Below are positions 53,262 to 62,690 of a stretch of DNA of 64,000 nucleotides, piece after piece. Where the stretch lies: assembly GCA_963716255.1 (NCBI GenBank), contig OY970303.1:8128001-8192000 (forward strand). The letters are read 5' to 3'. Source of the DNA: an uncultured Gemmatimonadales bacterium (GTDB lineage: Bacteria > Gemmatimonadota > Gemmatimonadetes > Longimicrobiales > Longimicrobiaceae). Within the stretch, counting starts at the first letter, position 1, and the number at the start of each line of letters is the position of its first letter. A program made the position numbers and the translations under genes. The notes below the pieces were generated by a model. That model was not told where the DNA came from, did no database searches, and was given only the letters and a program-made list of their open reading frames with translations.

Positions 53262-54232
53262 GGCGCGGCGGGCTCCGCGACCTCGCCGTGGGTGGCGCCG
53301 CGCAGGCGGCCCAGGATTTCCCCGGCGCCGCGCTCCAGCAGCTCGGCTGCGAGGCGGCGTCCGACCGCGGCGGCATCGGCGGCGGGGCCGGCGGCTTCGC
53401 CGCGCAGCACGGTCTCGCCCTCCAGGTCGGAGACCAGGCCGCGGAGGACCAGGGCGCCGCCGTCCAGCGTGGCCAGGGCGCCGATGGGGATCTGGCAGCC
53501 GCCCTCCAGCGCGTGCAAAAAGGTTCGCTCGGCGAGCGTGGCCGCGGCGGAGCCGGGGTCGTGCAGCGGGCGGACGCGCTCGTGGGCGTCGGCGTCGTGG
53601 GTGCGGGCGACGATGGCGAGGGCTCCCTGCCCCACCGCCGGGAGCCAGGCGCCGGCGTCCAGGTACGCGGAGATGCGCGCCTCCCACCCCAGGCGCAGCA
53701 CGCCCGCTGCGGCGAGGAGGATGGCGTCGTAGTCGCCGCCGTCCAGCTTGGCGAGGCGGGTGTTGAGGTTGCCGCGCAGGTCCAGCACCTCCACGTCGGG
53801 GCGCGCGGCGCGGAGCTGCGCGCGGCGGCGGAGCGAGCTGGTTCCCACGCGCGCGCCGGCCGGGAGCGCGTCGAGCCCGCCGCCCTCCCCCTCGCGCCGG
53901 ATCAGCACGTCGCGCGGGTCTTCGCGCGCGGTGACGGCCACGATGTCCAGACCCTCGGGGAGGCGGGTGGGGACGTCCTTGAGGGAGTGGACCGCCAGGT
54001 CGGCGAGGCCGTGCAGCAGCGCCTCGTCGATCTCCTTGGTGAACAGCCCCTTGTCGCCGATCCTGGCGAGCGGGACGTCGAGGATCCGGTCGCCGGTGGT
54101 GCGGACCACCTGGATCTCCACCGCGGCGCCGGGGCTGGCCTGGAGCAGCGCCCGCTTCACGGCGCGCGCCTGCCAGAGTGCCAGCTCGCTGCCGCGGGAG
54201 GCGATCCGGATGGGAACGTCGATCGCGTTCAC
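53258..54232 (-). CDS. hemC: Hydroxymethylbilane synthase
   Basis: [39 protein letters not shown]. Confidence 0.96.
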   Translation of the reverse strand: MNAIDVPIRIASRGSELALWQARAVKRALLQASPGAAVEIQVVRTTGDRILDVPLARIGDKGLFTKEIDEALLHGLADLAVHSLKDVPTRLPEGLDIVAVTAREDPRDVLIRREGEGGGLDALPAGARVGTSSLRRRAQLRAARPDVEVLDLRGNLNTRLAKLDGGDYDAILLAAAGVLRLGWEARISAYLDAGAWLPAVGQGALAIVARTHDADAHERVRPLHDPGSAAATLAERTFLHALEGGCQIPIGALATLDGGALVLRGLVSDLEGETVLRGEAAGPAADAAAVGRRLAAELLERGAGEILGRLRGATHGEVAEPAAP

Positions 54233-54771
54233 CACTGCGACTGCGCGCCTTCGAGGATCTTCTGCACCATCTCGTCGATGGCGCGCTGCCGTCCGGCCTG
54301 GGCCTGCTCGGAGTTGGGCTGGTAGGTGCCCAGCGCGGAGATCCCGCTCCCCTTCCACAGCGAGCGGTCCTGCTTGACGTCGAAGATCTCGGCCTCGAAG
54401 GTGATGCGCACCTGCTTGCCGGTGACGTCCACCCGCTCGCCGGGCCCGGGGTTGGGACGGAAGCTGGGCGTGGTCTCGTCGAAGCCGGTGATGCGGCCGC
54501 GGAGCACGGCGTCGGCGCTCCGCTGGTCCGCCAGGCGCACCCCCAGCTTGCGGGGGATCTGGTCCTGGAGGCGGAGCTGCACGTCGGTGCTCAGCACGGG
54601 CTCGGTGGTGCCGTTCTCGAACGGGATCACCGCCATGGTGCGGATGTTGGGCGGGAGCCCGCCCCCGGTGAAGGAGTACAGGCACCCGGAAAGGAGCAGC
54701 GCGGCCGCCGCGAGCAGGCTAGCGAGCCGCACCGGCGAGCCAGGTGTCTTGGGGGAATCGTGCTGCGTCAT
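54229..54771 (-). CDS. lptE: LptE-family LPS assembly lipoprotein
   Basis: Lipobox LSGC followed by LYSF; PFENGT; true start may be the GTG near 54732. Confidence 0.7.
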   Translation of the reverse strand: MTQHDSPKTPGSPVRLASLLAAAALLLSGCLYSFTGGGLPPNIRTMAVIPFENGTTEPVLSTDVQLRLQDQIPRKLGVRLADQRSADAVLRGRITGFDETTPSFRPNPGPGERVDVTGKQVRITFEAEIFDVKQDRSLWKGSGISALGTYQPNSEQAQAGRQRAIDEMVQKILEGAQSQW

Positions 54772-55426
54772 CGTTGGACTCGATGTTGAGGACCAGGGTG
54801 CGATAGGCGCCCCAGTCGCGGTACTCGGCCTTCTGGAGCACGCCGGCCGCGGTGTAGGTGAGGGCGAGCGACTCCAGCGCGCCGGAGCCGCCCACGCGCC
54901 GCACGGTGCGCAGGAGGGCGCCCTCCACTCCGTACTCGGTCGTTTCCCCGGCGGCGCTGCGGTAGCGGAGCGAGGACGCCGTCCCCGAGGCGGTGGCGCC
55001 GGCGAGGACCGCGCCCGCGGGGGGATGGACGACGCCCATTGCGCCCCAGAGGAGCGCGGGCGAGGGGAGCGAGATGCGCGACGCGACGTTGGGCGGTACG
55101 CGGAACTCCTCGCCCACCAGCGCGGCGGCCAGGTACGTTTCCCCGCGCGGCCCGAACAGGTCCAGCCGCAGCCGCTCCGGCGGCTCGGCGCGGACGACGC
55201 CGCGCCCGCGCACCTTCGATCCCGCTTCGTCCAGCTCCCAGTTGAAGCCGATGCGCCGGGGCGACGCGGGCGTGGTGGTGCGGACGAGCTCCGCCTCCAC
55301 GGCCCGCGGGTCCGCGGCGGGTGGACCCGTGGGCACGGCCGGCGGCGCGGCGGTGGCGCAGCCGGCGAGCGCGACGATCAGCAGGGCGCGTCGTGCGGCG
55401 CCGAGGGTTCGGAGAGCGTGGGTCAT
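54719..55426 (-). CDS. Lipoprotein, possible LolB/DUF4292-like beta fold
   Basis: Lipobox LAGC; PERLRLDLFGPRGE motif; beta-strand pattern. Confidence 0.6.
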   Translation of the reverse strand: MTHALRTLGAARRALLIVALAGCATAAPPAVPTGPPAADPRAVEAELVRTTTPASPRRIGFNWELDEAGSKVRGRGVVRAEPPERLRLDLFGPRGETYLAAALVGEEFRVPPNVASRISLPSPALLWGAMGVVHPPAGAVLAGATASGTASSLRYRSAAGETTEYGVEGALLRTVRRVGGSGALESLALTYTAAGVLQKAEYRDWGAYRTLVLNIESNDDAARFPQDTWLAGAAR

Positions 55427-55452
55427 GCGTTCGTCTCGGGTCTGCGGCCGGC

Positions 55453-57537
55453 TCAGCGCAGGCGCGTGATGCGTGAGATGGTCTCGCCCACCTGCACCAG
55501 CCCCACCACGTCCATCCCGTCCACCACCTCGCCGAAGACGGTGTAGGTGCCGTCCAGGTGCGGGTGGGGCGAGTGGGTGATGAACCACTGGCTCCCGCCG
55601 GTGTCCGGCCCGGAAAGGGCCATCCCCAGCGATCCGGTGTCGTACAGGCGTCGGTTGATCTCGTCGCGGATCGCATACCCCGGACCGCCGGAAGTGTCCC
55701 CGCGCGGGTCGCCGCCCTGGATGACGAAGTTGGGGACGACGCGCGGCCACTCCTGTCCGTCGAAGTATCCCTGCTGCACCAGGGCGGCGAAGCTCATGGT
55801 GGTCAGCGGCGCGTCGGCGGCGAAGAGGCGCAGGTCGATGGCCCCGGACCCGGTGACGATGCGCACGCGCGGCGACCGCCCGTCGAGCGCGGGGACGATC
55901 CACTCGCGCACGACGGTGACGTACACGGCGCTGTCGATCCCGGTCTCCACCGGGACGGCCGGACCCCACGCCTGCCGGACGGTGTCGCCGAACACGGCCT
56001 CGGCGCGCTGGCGGACGTTGTAGTCGGGCGAGCGCCGGTAGCGCGCCAGGAACGGGCGGACGACGGGGACGCCCTTCGCCCGGAGGGCGGCGAGTGCGTC
56101 CAGCGCGGCGAGCGCGGCGTCGTTCAGCGAGTCGCGGCGGGCCAGCCCGTACGCGTTGAGGACGGCCGGGAGGGTGGAGGGATCCGCGAGCCGGGCGAGC
56201 CCACCGAGGGCGTTGGTGCGGACGATGGGGTCGTCGGCGGCGAGCGATTCCAGCAGGAGCGTGCGCAGCGAGTCGAGCGGCGCCCCCTGCGCGCCCGTGG
56301 CCGCGTCCAGCGCGGCGGCGGCCACGCGGGCGTCGGGATCGCGGGCGAGCGCCTGCAGCTCGGGGCGGGTGACGGGGCCGACGCGGGCGTAGGCGCGGGC
56401 GGCGGCGGCGCGGGCGCGCCAGTCGCGCTCCACGCCCAGCTGCGCGGCGGCGCCGGTGGCGCCGGTGCCCTGGACTTCGGCGAGCGCGGCCAGGGCGGCG
56501 CCGCGGACGCCGATGACGCGGGCGGTGTCCAGCGCGGCGGCGCGCAGCACGGACACCGCGGAGGCCGCGGCAGCGCCCAGCCGGCCGAGCGATTCGGCGC
56601 CGACGACCGCCAGGTGCGCGTCGTCGCCGCCGGCGAGCGCCGCCAGCGCGGACACGGCGGCCGGGTGCGGGTGCGTCCCCAGGGCGCGAGCGGCGTTGAC
56701 GCGCACGGCGCTGCTGGTGTCGGCGAGGGCGGCGAGGAGCAGCCCCCGCGCGGCCTCGGCGCCCACGGCGGAGGAGTCGGCGAGCGGCGCGGACAGGCCC
56801 CGCATGGCGAAGGAGCGCACGCGCCAGTCGGGGTCGGCGGCGAGGCGCGCCAGCGCCGGGGTGGCGGCGGGGTCGACGCGGCGGGTGAGCGCGAACACGG
56901 CGCGCCAGCGCACCTCCGGGTCCTCGGACGCGGTCCAGCGCAGGATGGCTTCGCTGTCGCCGCGGCGCGGCCACTTCCACGCGGCGAGGAGCGCGTGCCG
57001 CACGGCCAGGCGCGAGGCCGGGTCGTCGGCGGCGCTGCGGAGCAGCCCGGCCACCGCGGCGCGCCCGCGCTCCGTGTGCAGCTTGCCGAGGGCGGTCGCC
57101 GCTTCGCCGGCGACGGTGGGGAGCGCCGCCGCCCGCTCGGCGGTGGTGAGCGGGACGAGCGCCCCCACGGCCGCCGTATCGCCCAGGACGCCCATCGCGA
57201 ACGCCCCGGTGGCAGCGACGGACGTGTCGGGATCGGCGAGGAGCCGCTCCAGGACCTCGAGCGCGCGGGAATCGCGGATGCGTCCCCCGGCGAGCGCGGC
57301 CCGGCGGCGCAGCTCGGGGTTGGGCGACGCGGCGGCGGACTGCAGCGCGGCCAGGTCCAGGACGCGCCGGTCCTCCATGCGGAGGAGCCCGGCGACGGCC
57401 TCGATCTCGGCCCCGGTGCGGAGCTGCGGAGGTCCGACGGCCATGCGGGCCGCCGGCGTGCCGGGAGCCGCGCCGGCCGCGGCGCAGCCGGTGAGCGCCG
57501 CCAGGAGGAAGGCGGAAACCGCCGATCTGCGTCTCAC
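55453..57537 (-). CDS. HEAT-repeat + cyclophilin-type peptidylprolyl isomerase lipoprotein
   Basis: Lipobox LTGC; HEAT repeats; RVVPNFVIQGGDP, DTGGSQWFI, HLDGTYTVFG. Confidence 0.9.
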   Translation of the reverse strand: MRRRSAVSAFLLAALTGCAAAGAAPGTPAARMAVGPPQLRTGAEIEAVAGLLRMEDRRVLDLAALQSAAASPNPELRRRAALAGGRIRDSRALEVLERLLADPDTSVAATGAFAMGVLGDTAAVGALVPLTTAERAAALPTVAGEAATALGKLHTERGRAAVAGLLRSAADDPASRLAVRHALLAAWKWPRRGDSEAILRWTASEDPEVRWRAVFALTRRVDPAATPALARLAADPDWRVRSFAMRGLSAPLADSSAVGAEAARGLLLAALADTSSAVRVNAARALGTHPHPAAVSALAALAGGDDAHLAVVGAESLGRLGAAAASAVSVLRAAALDTARVIGVRGAALAALAEVQGTGATGAAAQLGVERDWRARAAAARAYARVGPVTRPELQALARDPDARVAAAALDAATGAQGAPLDSLRTLLLESLAADDPIVRTNALGGLARLADPSTLPAVLNAYGLARRDSLNDAALAALDALAALRAKGVPVVRPFLARYRRSPDYNVRQRAEAVFGDTVRQAWGPAVPVETGIDSAVYVTVVREWIVPALDGRSPRVRIVTGSGAIDLRLFAADAPLTTMSFAALVQQGYFDGQEWPRVVPNFVIQGGDPRGDTSGGPGYAIRDEINRRLYDTGSLGMALSGPDTGGSQWFITHSPHPHLDGTYTVFGEVVDGMDVVGLVQVGETISRITRLR

Positions 57538-57983
57538 GTGGCCGCTCCTTGGGAGTCGAGTGCGCCGCGGAAGGCGGCAACGAGACCGGCGGGGAGCTTC
57601 CGGGTGCTCCCGTCGCGGGTCAGCGCGATCAGGGTGGTGCGCGCGCTCACCAGCCGCTCCGCCCCGTTGCCCTCCGCGCGGGTGATGATGTATCCAAACG
57701 TGACGGTGCGCGAGCGCACTTCCTCCACCCAGGTTTCCACGCGCACCAGGTCGTTGTAGCGGGCGGGGGCGTGGTAGCGCAGCGACGCGTCGGCGACGGC
57801 CAGGAACAGGCCATCGTCGCGCTCCAGCTCGGAATACGGCTTGCCTCCCAGCCGGCGGATCAGCTCGGTGCGGCCCACGTCGCACCACACCAGGTAGTGG
57901 GCGTGGTAGACGACGCCCATCTGGTCGGTCTCGGGGTAGCGGACGCGCAGCTCGACGGTGGCGTGGAGCGGGGTGTCGGTCAC
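57534..57983 (-). CDS. YbgC/FadM-family acyl-CoA thioesterase
   Basis: RVRYPETDQMGVVYHAHY. Confidence 0.9.
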   Translation of the reverse strand: MTDTPLHATVELRVRYPETDQMGVVYHAHYLVWCDVGRTELIRRLGGKPYSELERDDGLFLAVADASLRYHAPARYNDLVRVETWVEEVRSRTVTFGYIITRAEGNGAERLVSARTTLIALTRDGSTRKLPAGLVAAFRGALDSQGAAT

Positions 57984-58128
57984 CGGGAGGGTGTCTCGGG
58001 AGCGGGGTCGCTGCGGGACGCGGGGTCCACGGGTGCGTCGGAGCCCGGATTGTACCGGCGGGGGCCGGGAACGGCAAGTGAAGGGAGGGGACAGGCGACA
58101 GGGGACGGCCTGCGGCGGCGACGGCTCG

Positions 58129-58344
58129 CCCTCACCCGGCTCGCTTGAGGCTCGCCACCCTCTCCCAAGTCTGGGAGAGGGGGCAACTGCTGGATATTGC
58201 AGTCGGCGGGCAGTTGCGTGAGGGATTTCGGCCCGGAGGGGCGAGACCCCGCGGCCGTTTGCGGGGTCTCGACTCCGTTGCAAACGGTCGTATCGTTTGC
58301 TACGGAGCCGAAGCCCGACCCCGGCGCCAGCCGGGGGCACGCCC
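58129..58344 (-). repeat. Family B unit (58129-58183) + repeat family A copy 8 (58216-58344)
   Basis: Near reverse complement of 15824-16042. Confidence 0.93.
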
Positions 58345-58414
58345 GGACCCGGCCGTCAAGAAAGCAGTTCCACGTATTGTCGCCCGCCGAGCAGGCTGGT
58401 AGCTTGCCGACCCT

Positions 58415-59164
58415 ATGAGCGACCTCCCCTACCTGATCGTCTCCGACCAGCACCTGGGCGCCGTGCCGCGCGCCACCGAGGCGGCGTTCCGCGACTTCCT
58501 GGCGCACGTGCCCGGTTCCGCGTCCGGGCTGCTGATCAACGGCGACCTGTTCGACTTCTGGTTCGAATACGGGACGGTGATCCTGCGCGAGCACTACCGC
58601 ACGCTGGCGGCGCTGGCCACGGTGGTGGAGGCGGGGGTGCCGGTGACGTTCATGGGCGGGAACCACGACGCCTGGGCGGGCAGCTTCCTGCGCGACGAGG
58701 TGGGGATCGCGCTGCTGGACGGGCCCACGGAGCTGGAGCTGGCGGGGCGGCGGACGCTGGTGGCCCACGGCGACGGCGTGGGCCGCGGCGACTACAAGTA
58801 CCGCGCGCTGAAGCGGTTCATCCGCAGCCCGGTGGTGGTGGGCGCGTTCCGGACCCTGCACCCGGACCTGGGGACGCGGATCGCGCGGATCGCCTCCACC
58901 ACGGAGCACAAGGCGGATACCGGCGACGCGCACAGCAAGGGGCGGGCGGGGTTCATCCAGGCGTGGGCTGAGGAGCGGCTGCGCGCGGACTCGCGGCTGG
59001 AGCTGGTGGTGGCCGGGCACGCGCACGTGCCGGCGGTGGTGGAGGTGGAGCCGGGGCGCTTCTACGCCAACGCGGGGGACTGGATCCGGCACTTCACCTA
59101 CCTGGCCCTTCCCGCGGGCGGGGGTCCGCCGGAGCTGCGGTACTGGCCGCGACCCGTGGCCTGA
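58415..59164 (+). CDS. UDP-2,3-diacylglucosamine diphosphatase (LpxH-like metallophosphoesterase)
   Basis: SDQHLG, GDLFDFWFEY, GNHD, HGDG, GHAH, NAGDW. Confidence 0.85.
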   Translation: MSDLPYLIVSDQHLGAVPRATEAAFRDFLAHVPGSASGLLINGDLFDFWFEYGTVILREHYRTLAALATVVEAGVPVTFMGGNHDAWAGSFLRDEVGIALLDGPTELELAGRRTLVAHGDGVGRGDYKYRALKRFIRSPVVVGAFRTLHPDLGTRIARIASTTEHKADTGDAHSKGRAGFIQAWAEERLRADSRLELVVAGHAHVPAVVEVEPGRFYANAGDWIRHFTYLALPAGGGPPELRYWPRPVA

Positions 59165-59175
59165 ACAGCTGGTTC

Positions 59176-59400
59176 GGGCGTGCCCCCGGCTGGCGCCGGG
59201 GTCGGGCTTCGGCTCCGTAGGGCTGCAAACAACGCAGCCCAACGGAGTCGAGCCCCCGCATACTGCCGCGGGGTCTCGCCCCTTCGGGCCGAAATCCCTC
59301 ACGCGACGGCGGCCCTCTCTCCCATGATGGCGCTTCACGCTTCGCGTGAACCGGATGAAGGGAGAAGGTGGTGAGCCTCAAGCAAGCCGGGTGAGGGCCC
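59176..59400 (+). repeat. Repeat family A copy 9 (59176-59304) + family B unit (~59360-59400)
   Basis: Inner stem GGGCTGC/GCAGCCC. Confidence 0.93.
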
Positions 59401-60191
59401 TACACCGCCACCCCCTCCACCGCCGCCGGCTCCCTCCACATCCGCGCCACCACCTCGCCCACCTCCGCCGGGTCGCCGGTGGTGAGGATGCGCACCCGCC
59501 CTTCCCTTCCCTCCGCCAGCAGTCCGCGCTCCTCCAGCACGCGCCGCGTCTGCCGGGCGATGGCGGGGGCGCTGTCCACCAGGCGCACGCCGGGCCCCAG
59601 CACCTCCGCGATCGCGGCCGACAGGAAGGGATAGTGCGTGCAGCCCAGGACCACCGTGTCCACCTCCGCCTCGCGGAAGGGCGCGAGCACCGATTCCAGC
59701 ACTCCCCGCAACGCGTCCCCTTCCAGCCGGCCATCCTCCACCATCTCCACCAGGCCGGTGCCGGGGCGGGCCACCACCTGCACGCCGCCGCAGTGGTCGC
59801 GCAGCAGGCGGGCGAAGCGCTCCGAGGCCAGCGTCCCCTCGGTGGCGAGCACGCCGATGCGGCCGGCGCGCGTGTCGCGGACGGCGGGCTTCACCGCGGG
59901 CTCCATCCCCACCACCGGGATCTCCAGCGCCTCGCGCAGCGCTTCCAGCGCCGCGCCGGAGGCGGTGTTGCAGGCGACCACGAGCATCTTCGCGCCCCGG
60001 GCCTGGAGCCACCGGCCCACGCGCACCGAGCGCTCGCGGACCTCGTCGCGGGGGCGGGGGCCGTACGGGCACCACTCGCTGTCGGCCAGGTAGAGCAGGT
60101 CCTCGGCGGGGAGGAGGGCGCGGATCTCGTGGAGCACCCAGAGCCCGCCCAGCCCCGAGTCGAAGACCGCGACCGGGGCGGCGGGGGTCAC
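59400..60191 (-). CDS. murI: Glutamate racemase
   Basis: FDSGLGG, PYG, VVACNTAS, LGCTHYP. Confidence 0.95.
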   Translation of the reverse strand: MTPAAPVAVFDSGLGGLWVLHEIRALLPAEDLLYLADSEWCPYGPRPRDEVRERSVRVGRWLQARGAKMLVVACNTASGAALEALREALEIPVVGMEPAVKPAVRDTRAGRIGVLATEGTLASERFARLLRDHCGGVQVVARPGTGLVEMVEDGRLEGDALRGVLESVLAPFREAEVDTVVLGCTHYPFLSAAIAEVLGPGVRLVDSAPAIARQTRRVLEERGLLAEGREGRVRILTTGDPAEVGEVVARMWREPAAVEGVAV

Positions 60192-60850
60192 GGGCGCCTC
60201 CCCACGGGGAGCGAGACGTTGATCTCCGCGCCGCCGCGCCGCCCGGGCACCACCCCGATGCGCTCGTCGAAGTCCACCAGGTGGGCCGACACGAACGCGT
60301 CCGCGGCGTTGAACAGGAGGAGGAAGCCGGACAGCGTGATCCAGTCCTCCATCTGCTCCTCGCGCGCGCTCACCAGCCCGCTCTGCACGTCCTCCTCCAG
60401 CTCGCCCACCTCGCGCAGGTAGTCCTGGTTGCGGCGTGCGAAGTGGAGCTTGCGGTGGCTCTTGTACACCATCCACAGGCTCGCCGTCTCCAGCGTGAAG
60501 TAGACGGCGCCGCGCCCCGGCGACCCCACCGCCGACTGGCCCCAGCCCGGGAGCACCAGCGAGCGCAGGAACGCCCCCTTGGGCGTGATGCGCCGCACGC
60601 TGTCCGCGGCCGCGGTGTCGGGGCGGGCGGCGGCCGGGGGGAGCGGGCGCGCGACCAGGGTGTCGCGGGGCGCCATGGGCGCCGTGTCCCGCGGCGGGGC
60701 CGTGGGGCGCACCTGCGCCGCGGCGGGCGGGGCGGAAGCCGCGGCGAGACCGAGGGCCAGCGCGCAGCCCAGGAGCGCGCGCCGCAGCCGGGCGGAAGGC
60801 GGCGTCGGGAGATGGAGGGTCGGGCCGAGCGACATGGGAGCCGTTTGCAT
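60188..60850 (-). CDS. DUF5683-like membrane/exported protein
   Basis: PKGAFLRSLVLPGWGQ, DAFVSAHL motifs. Confidence 0.7.
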   Translation of the reverse strand: MQTAPMSLGPTLHLPTPPSARLRRALLGCALALGLAAASAPPAAAQVRPTAPPRDTAPMAPRDTLVARPLPPAAARPDTAAADSVRRITPKGAFLRSLVLPGWGQSAVGSPGRGAVYFTLETASLWMVYKSHRKLHFARRNQDYLREVGELEEDVQSGLVSAREEQMEDWITLSGFLLLFNAADAFVSAHLVDFDERIGVVPGRRGGAEINVSLPVGRRP

Positions 60851-60856
60851 CGAGAG

Positions 60857-62221
60857 CTATTCGCGGGGGAGCGCCGGGCCCGCGTCCGCGAGCGGCGTGC
60901 CGTCCCGCTTGTACACCACCCCGTCCTTCATCACGAACCCCACCCGCTTGAGGACCTCCACGTCGCGCAGCGGATCGCCGCGGACCGCCACCACGTCCGC
61001 CAGCTTCCCCGGCTGGAGCGTGCCCAGGTCGGCCACGCCCAGCAGCTTCGCCGCCTCGCCCGTGGCCGCGCCGATGGCCTGCATGGGCGTCATCCCCGCT
61101 CCCACCAGCAGCCTGAACTCGTCCGCGTTGGTGCCGTGCGGGAACACCCCCGCGTCCGTGCCGAAGGCGATGGGCACCCCGGCGCGGACCGCGCGCCGCA
61201 CCGACTCCTGCGCATGCGGCGCGATCTCCAGCGCCTTCGCCGCCGACCAGGGCGCCAGGGTACCGGCCCGGGCGCCGCGCACCACGTAGTCGAACGCCAT
61301 CATGGTGGGCACCAGGTAGGTGCCGCGGCGCTTCATCATCCGCACCGCCTCGTCGTCCAGGATGGAGCCGTGCTCGATGGACGCCACCCCCGCCTCCACC
61401 GCCGCCTTGATCCCCGCCAGCCCGTGCGCGTGGGCGGCCACCTTCCGGTCCGCCATGGCGGCCGTCTGCACGATGGCCGCCATCTCCCGCGCGTCGTACT
61501 GCTGCACCCCCACCGCGTCGCCCGCGGAAAGCACCCCGCCGGTCGCGCAGATCTTGATGACGTCCGCGCCGTACTTGATCTGGTAGCGGACCGCCGCGCG
61601 CACCGCGTCCTCGCCGTTGGCGATCCCCTCTTCGATCCCCCGCTCGCGCCCCAGGTCCGGCCGGAAGCCGTTGTCGTCGCAGTGGCCGCCGGTGATCCCC
61701 AGCGCGTGCCCCGCCGTGTAGATGCGCGGCCCGGGGACCACCCCGTCGCTCACCGCCTGCTTCAGCGCCACGTCCGCCCACTCGCCCGCGCCCACGTTGC
61801 GGATGGTGGTGAACCCCGCCAGGAGCGTCACCCGCGCGTTCTTGGCCCCCACCAGCGCCTCGTAGCCGGGGAACCGGTGCAGCTCCGCGTCCGAGTAGCC
61901 TCCGCTGGGGTCGCCGGTGATGTGGGTGTGCATGTCGATGAACCCCGGCATCACCGTCCACCCTGACAGGTCGATGCTCTCGGCCCCCGCGGGAACGCTC
62001 ACCTCGCGGCCAATCTCGGCGATGCGGTTGCCGCGCACCAGGATCGTCACGTTCTCCCGCGGCGCGGCGCCGGTGCCGTCGATCAGGCGCCCCGCCCGGA
62101 TGGCGACCACGCGCTCCGGGACGGCAGTTGTCGATGGCTGCTGCTGTGCCGTGGCGGGGGCGGCGAGCAGCGCCAGGGCGGCTGCGGCCAGGAAGCGGCG
62201 TGCGTGCAAGCGGGCCTCCAC
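60857..62221 (-). CDS. Secreted metal-dependent amidohydrolase (Xaa-Pro dipeptidase-like)
   Basis: Signal peptide; PGFIDMHTH, KICATGG, AAHAH, IEHG, GTDAG. Confidence 0.9.
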   Translation of the reverse strand: MEARLHARRFLAAAALALLAAPATAQQQPSTTAVPERVVAIRAGRLIDGTGAAPRENVTILVRGNRIAEIGREVSVPAGAESIDLSGWTVMPGFIDMHTHITGDPSGGYSDAELHRFPGYEALVGAKNARVTLLAGFTTIRNVGAGEWADVALKQAVSDGVVPGPRIYTAGHALGITGGHCDDNGFRPDLGRERGIEEGIANGEDAVRAAVRYQIKYGADVIKICATGGVLSAGDAVGVQQYDAREMAAIVQTAAMADRKVAAHAHGLAGIKAAVEAGVASIEHGSILDDEAVRMMKRRGTYLVPTMMAFDYVVRGARAGTLAPWSAAKALEIAPHAQESVRRAVRAGVPIAFGTDAGVFPHGTNADEFRLLVGAGMTPMQAIGAATGEAAKLLGVADLGTLQPGKLADVVAVRGDPLRDVEVLKRVGFVMKDGVVYKRDGTPLADAGPALPRE

Positions 62222-62308
62222 GGAGGGTTGCGGGGGGTGGCGAGGTGCGCGCGGGGAAGTTAGCAGAGGGCGGACTTCGTGGCAAAGCGCGGGCTAGGAC
62301 TGTGTGTG

Positions 62309-62466
62309 GGGCCGCTCCGGAGCCCGGCGATACTGCCGCCGGTCTCCTGCGCGGGTCGCGGAGCCAGCGGAAACTGCCCCGCTGTCTCCACTCCGGCTGC
62401 GGGAGCCCCGCCAAACTGCCGGCGGGTCTCCCTCCGCAACGGATCCGGGGGGTACTGCGGAACGGC
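62309..62466 (-). repeat. Repeat family C, copy 2
   Basis: Three GAGAC-stem-GCAGTWT-stem-GGCTC hairpins on the minus strand. Confidence 0.8.
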
Positions 62467-62505
62467 AACGGCACGCGCCGGCGGGCTCCGGCGCGTGGTG
62501 GCCGC

Positions 62506-62601
62506 CCCCTCCCCCCGGCACCCTCCCCCGCAAGCGGGAGAGGGGGAGCACGACACGACGAGCCCGAGGGTGGCGAGCCTCAAACGAGCCGGGTGGGGGC
62601 C
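62506..62601. repeat. Family B units
   Basis: CCCTCCCCCGCAAGCGGGAGAGGGG and GGTGGCGAGCCTCAAACGAGCCGGGTGGGGGCC. Confidence 0.8.
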
Positions 62602-62690
62602 GTCCGCGGAGCATCCCGCGGACACCGGTGTACCCGGTCTCGCCGCCGCCGTGGGCGTCGGCCCACGACCACGATCATCCAGGGAGATCG

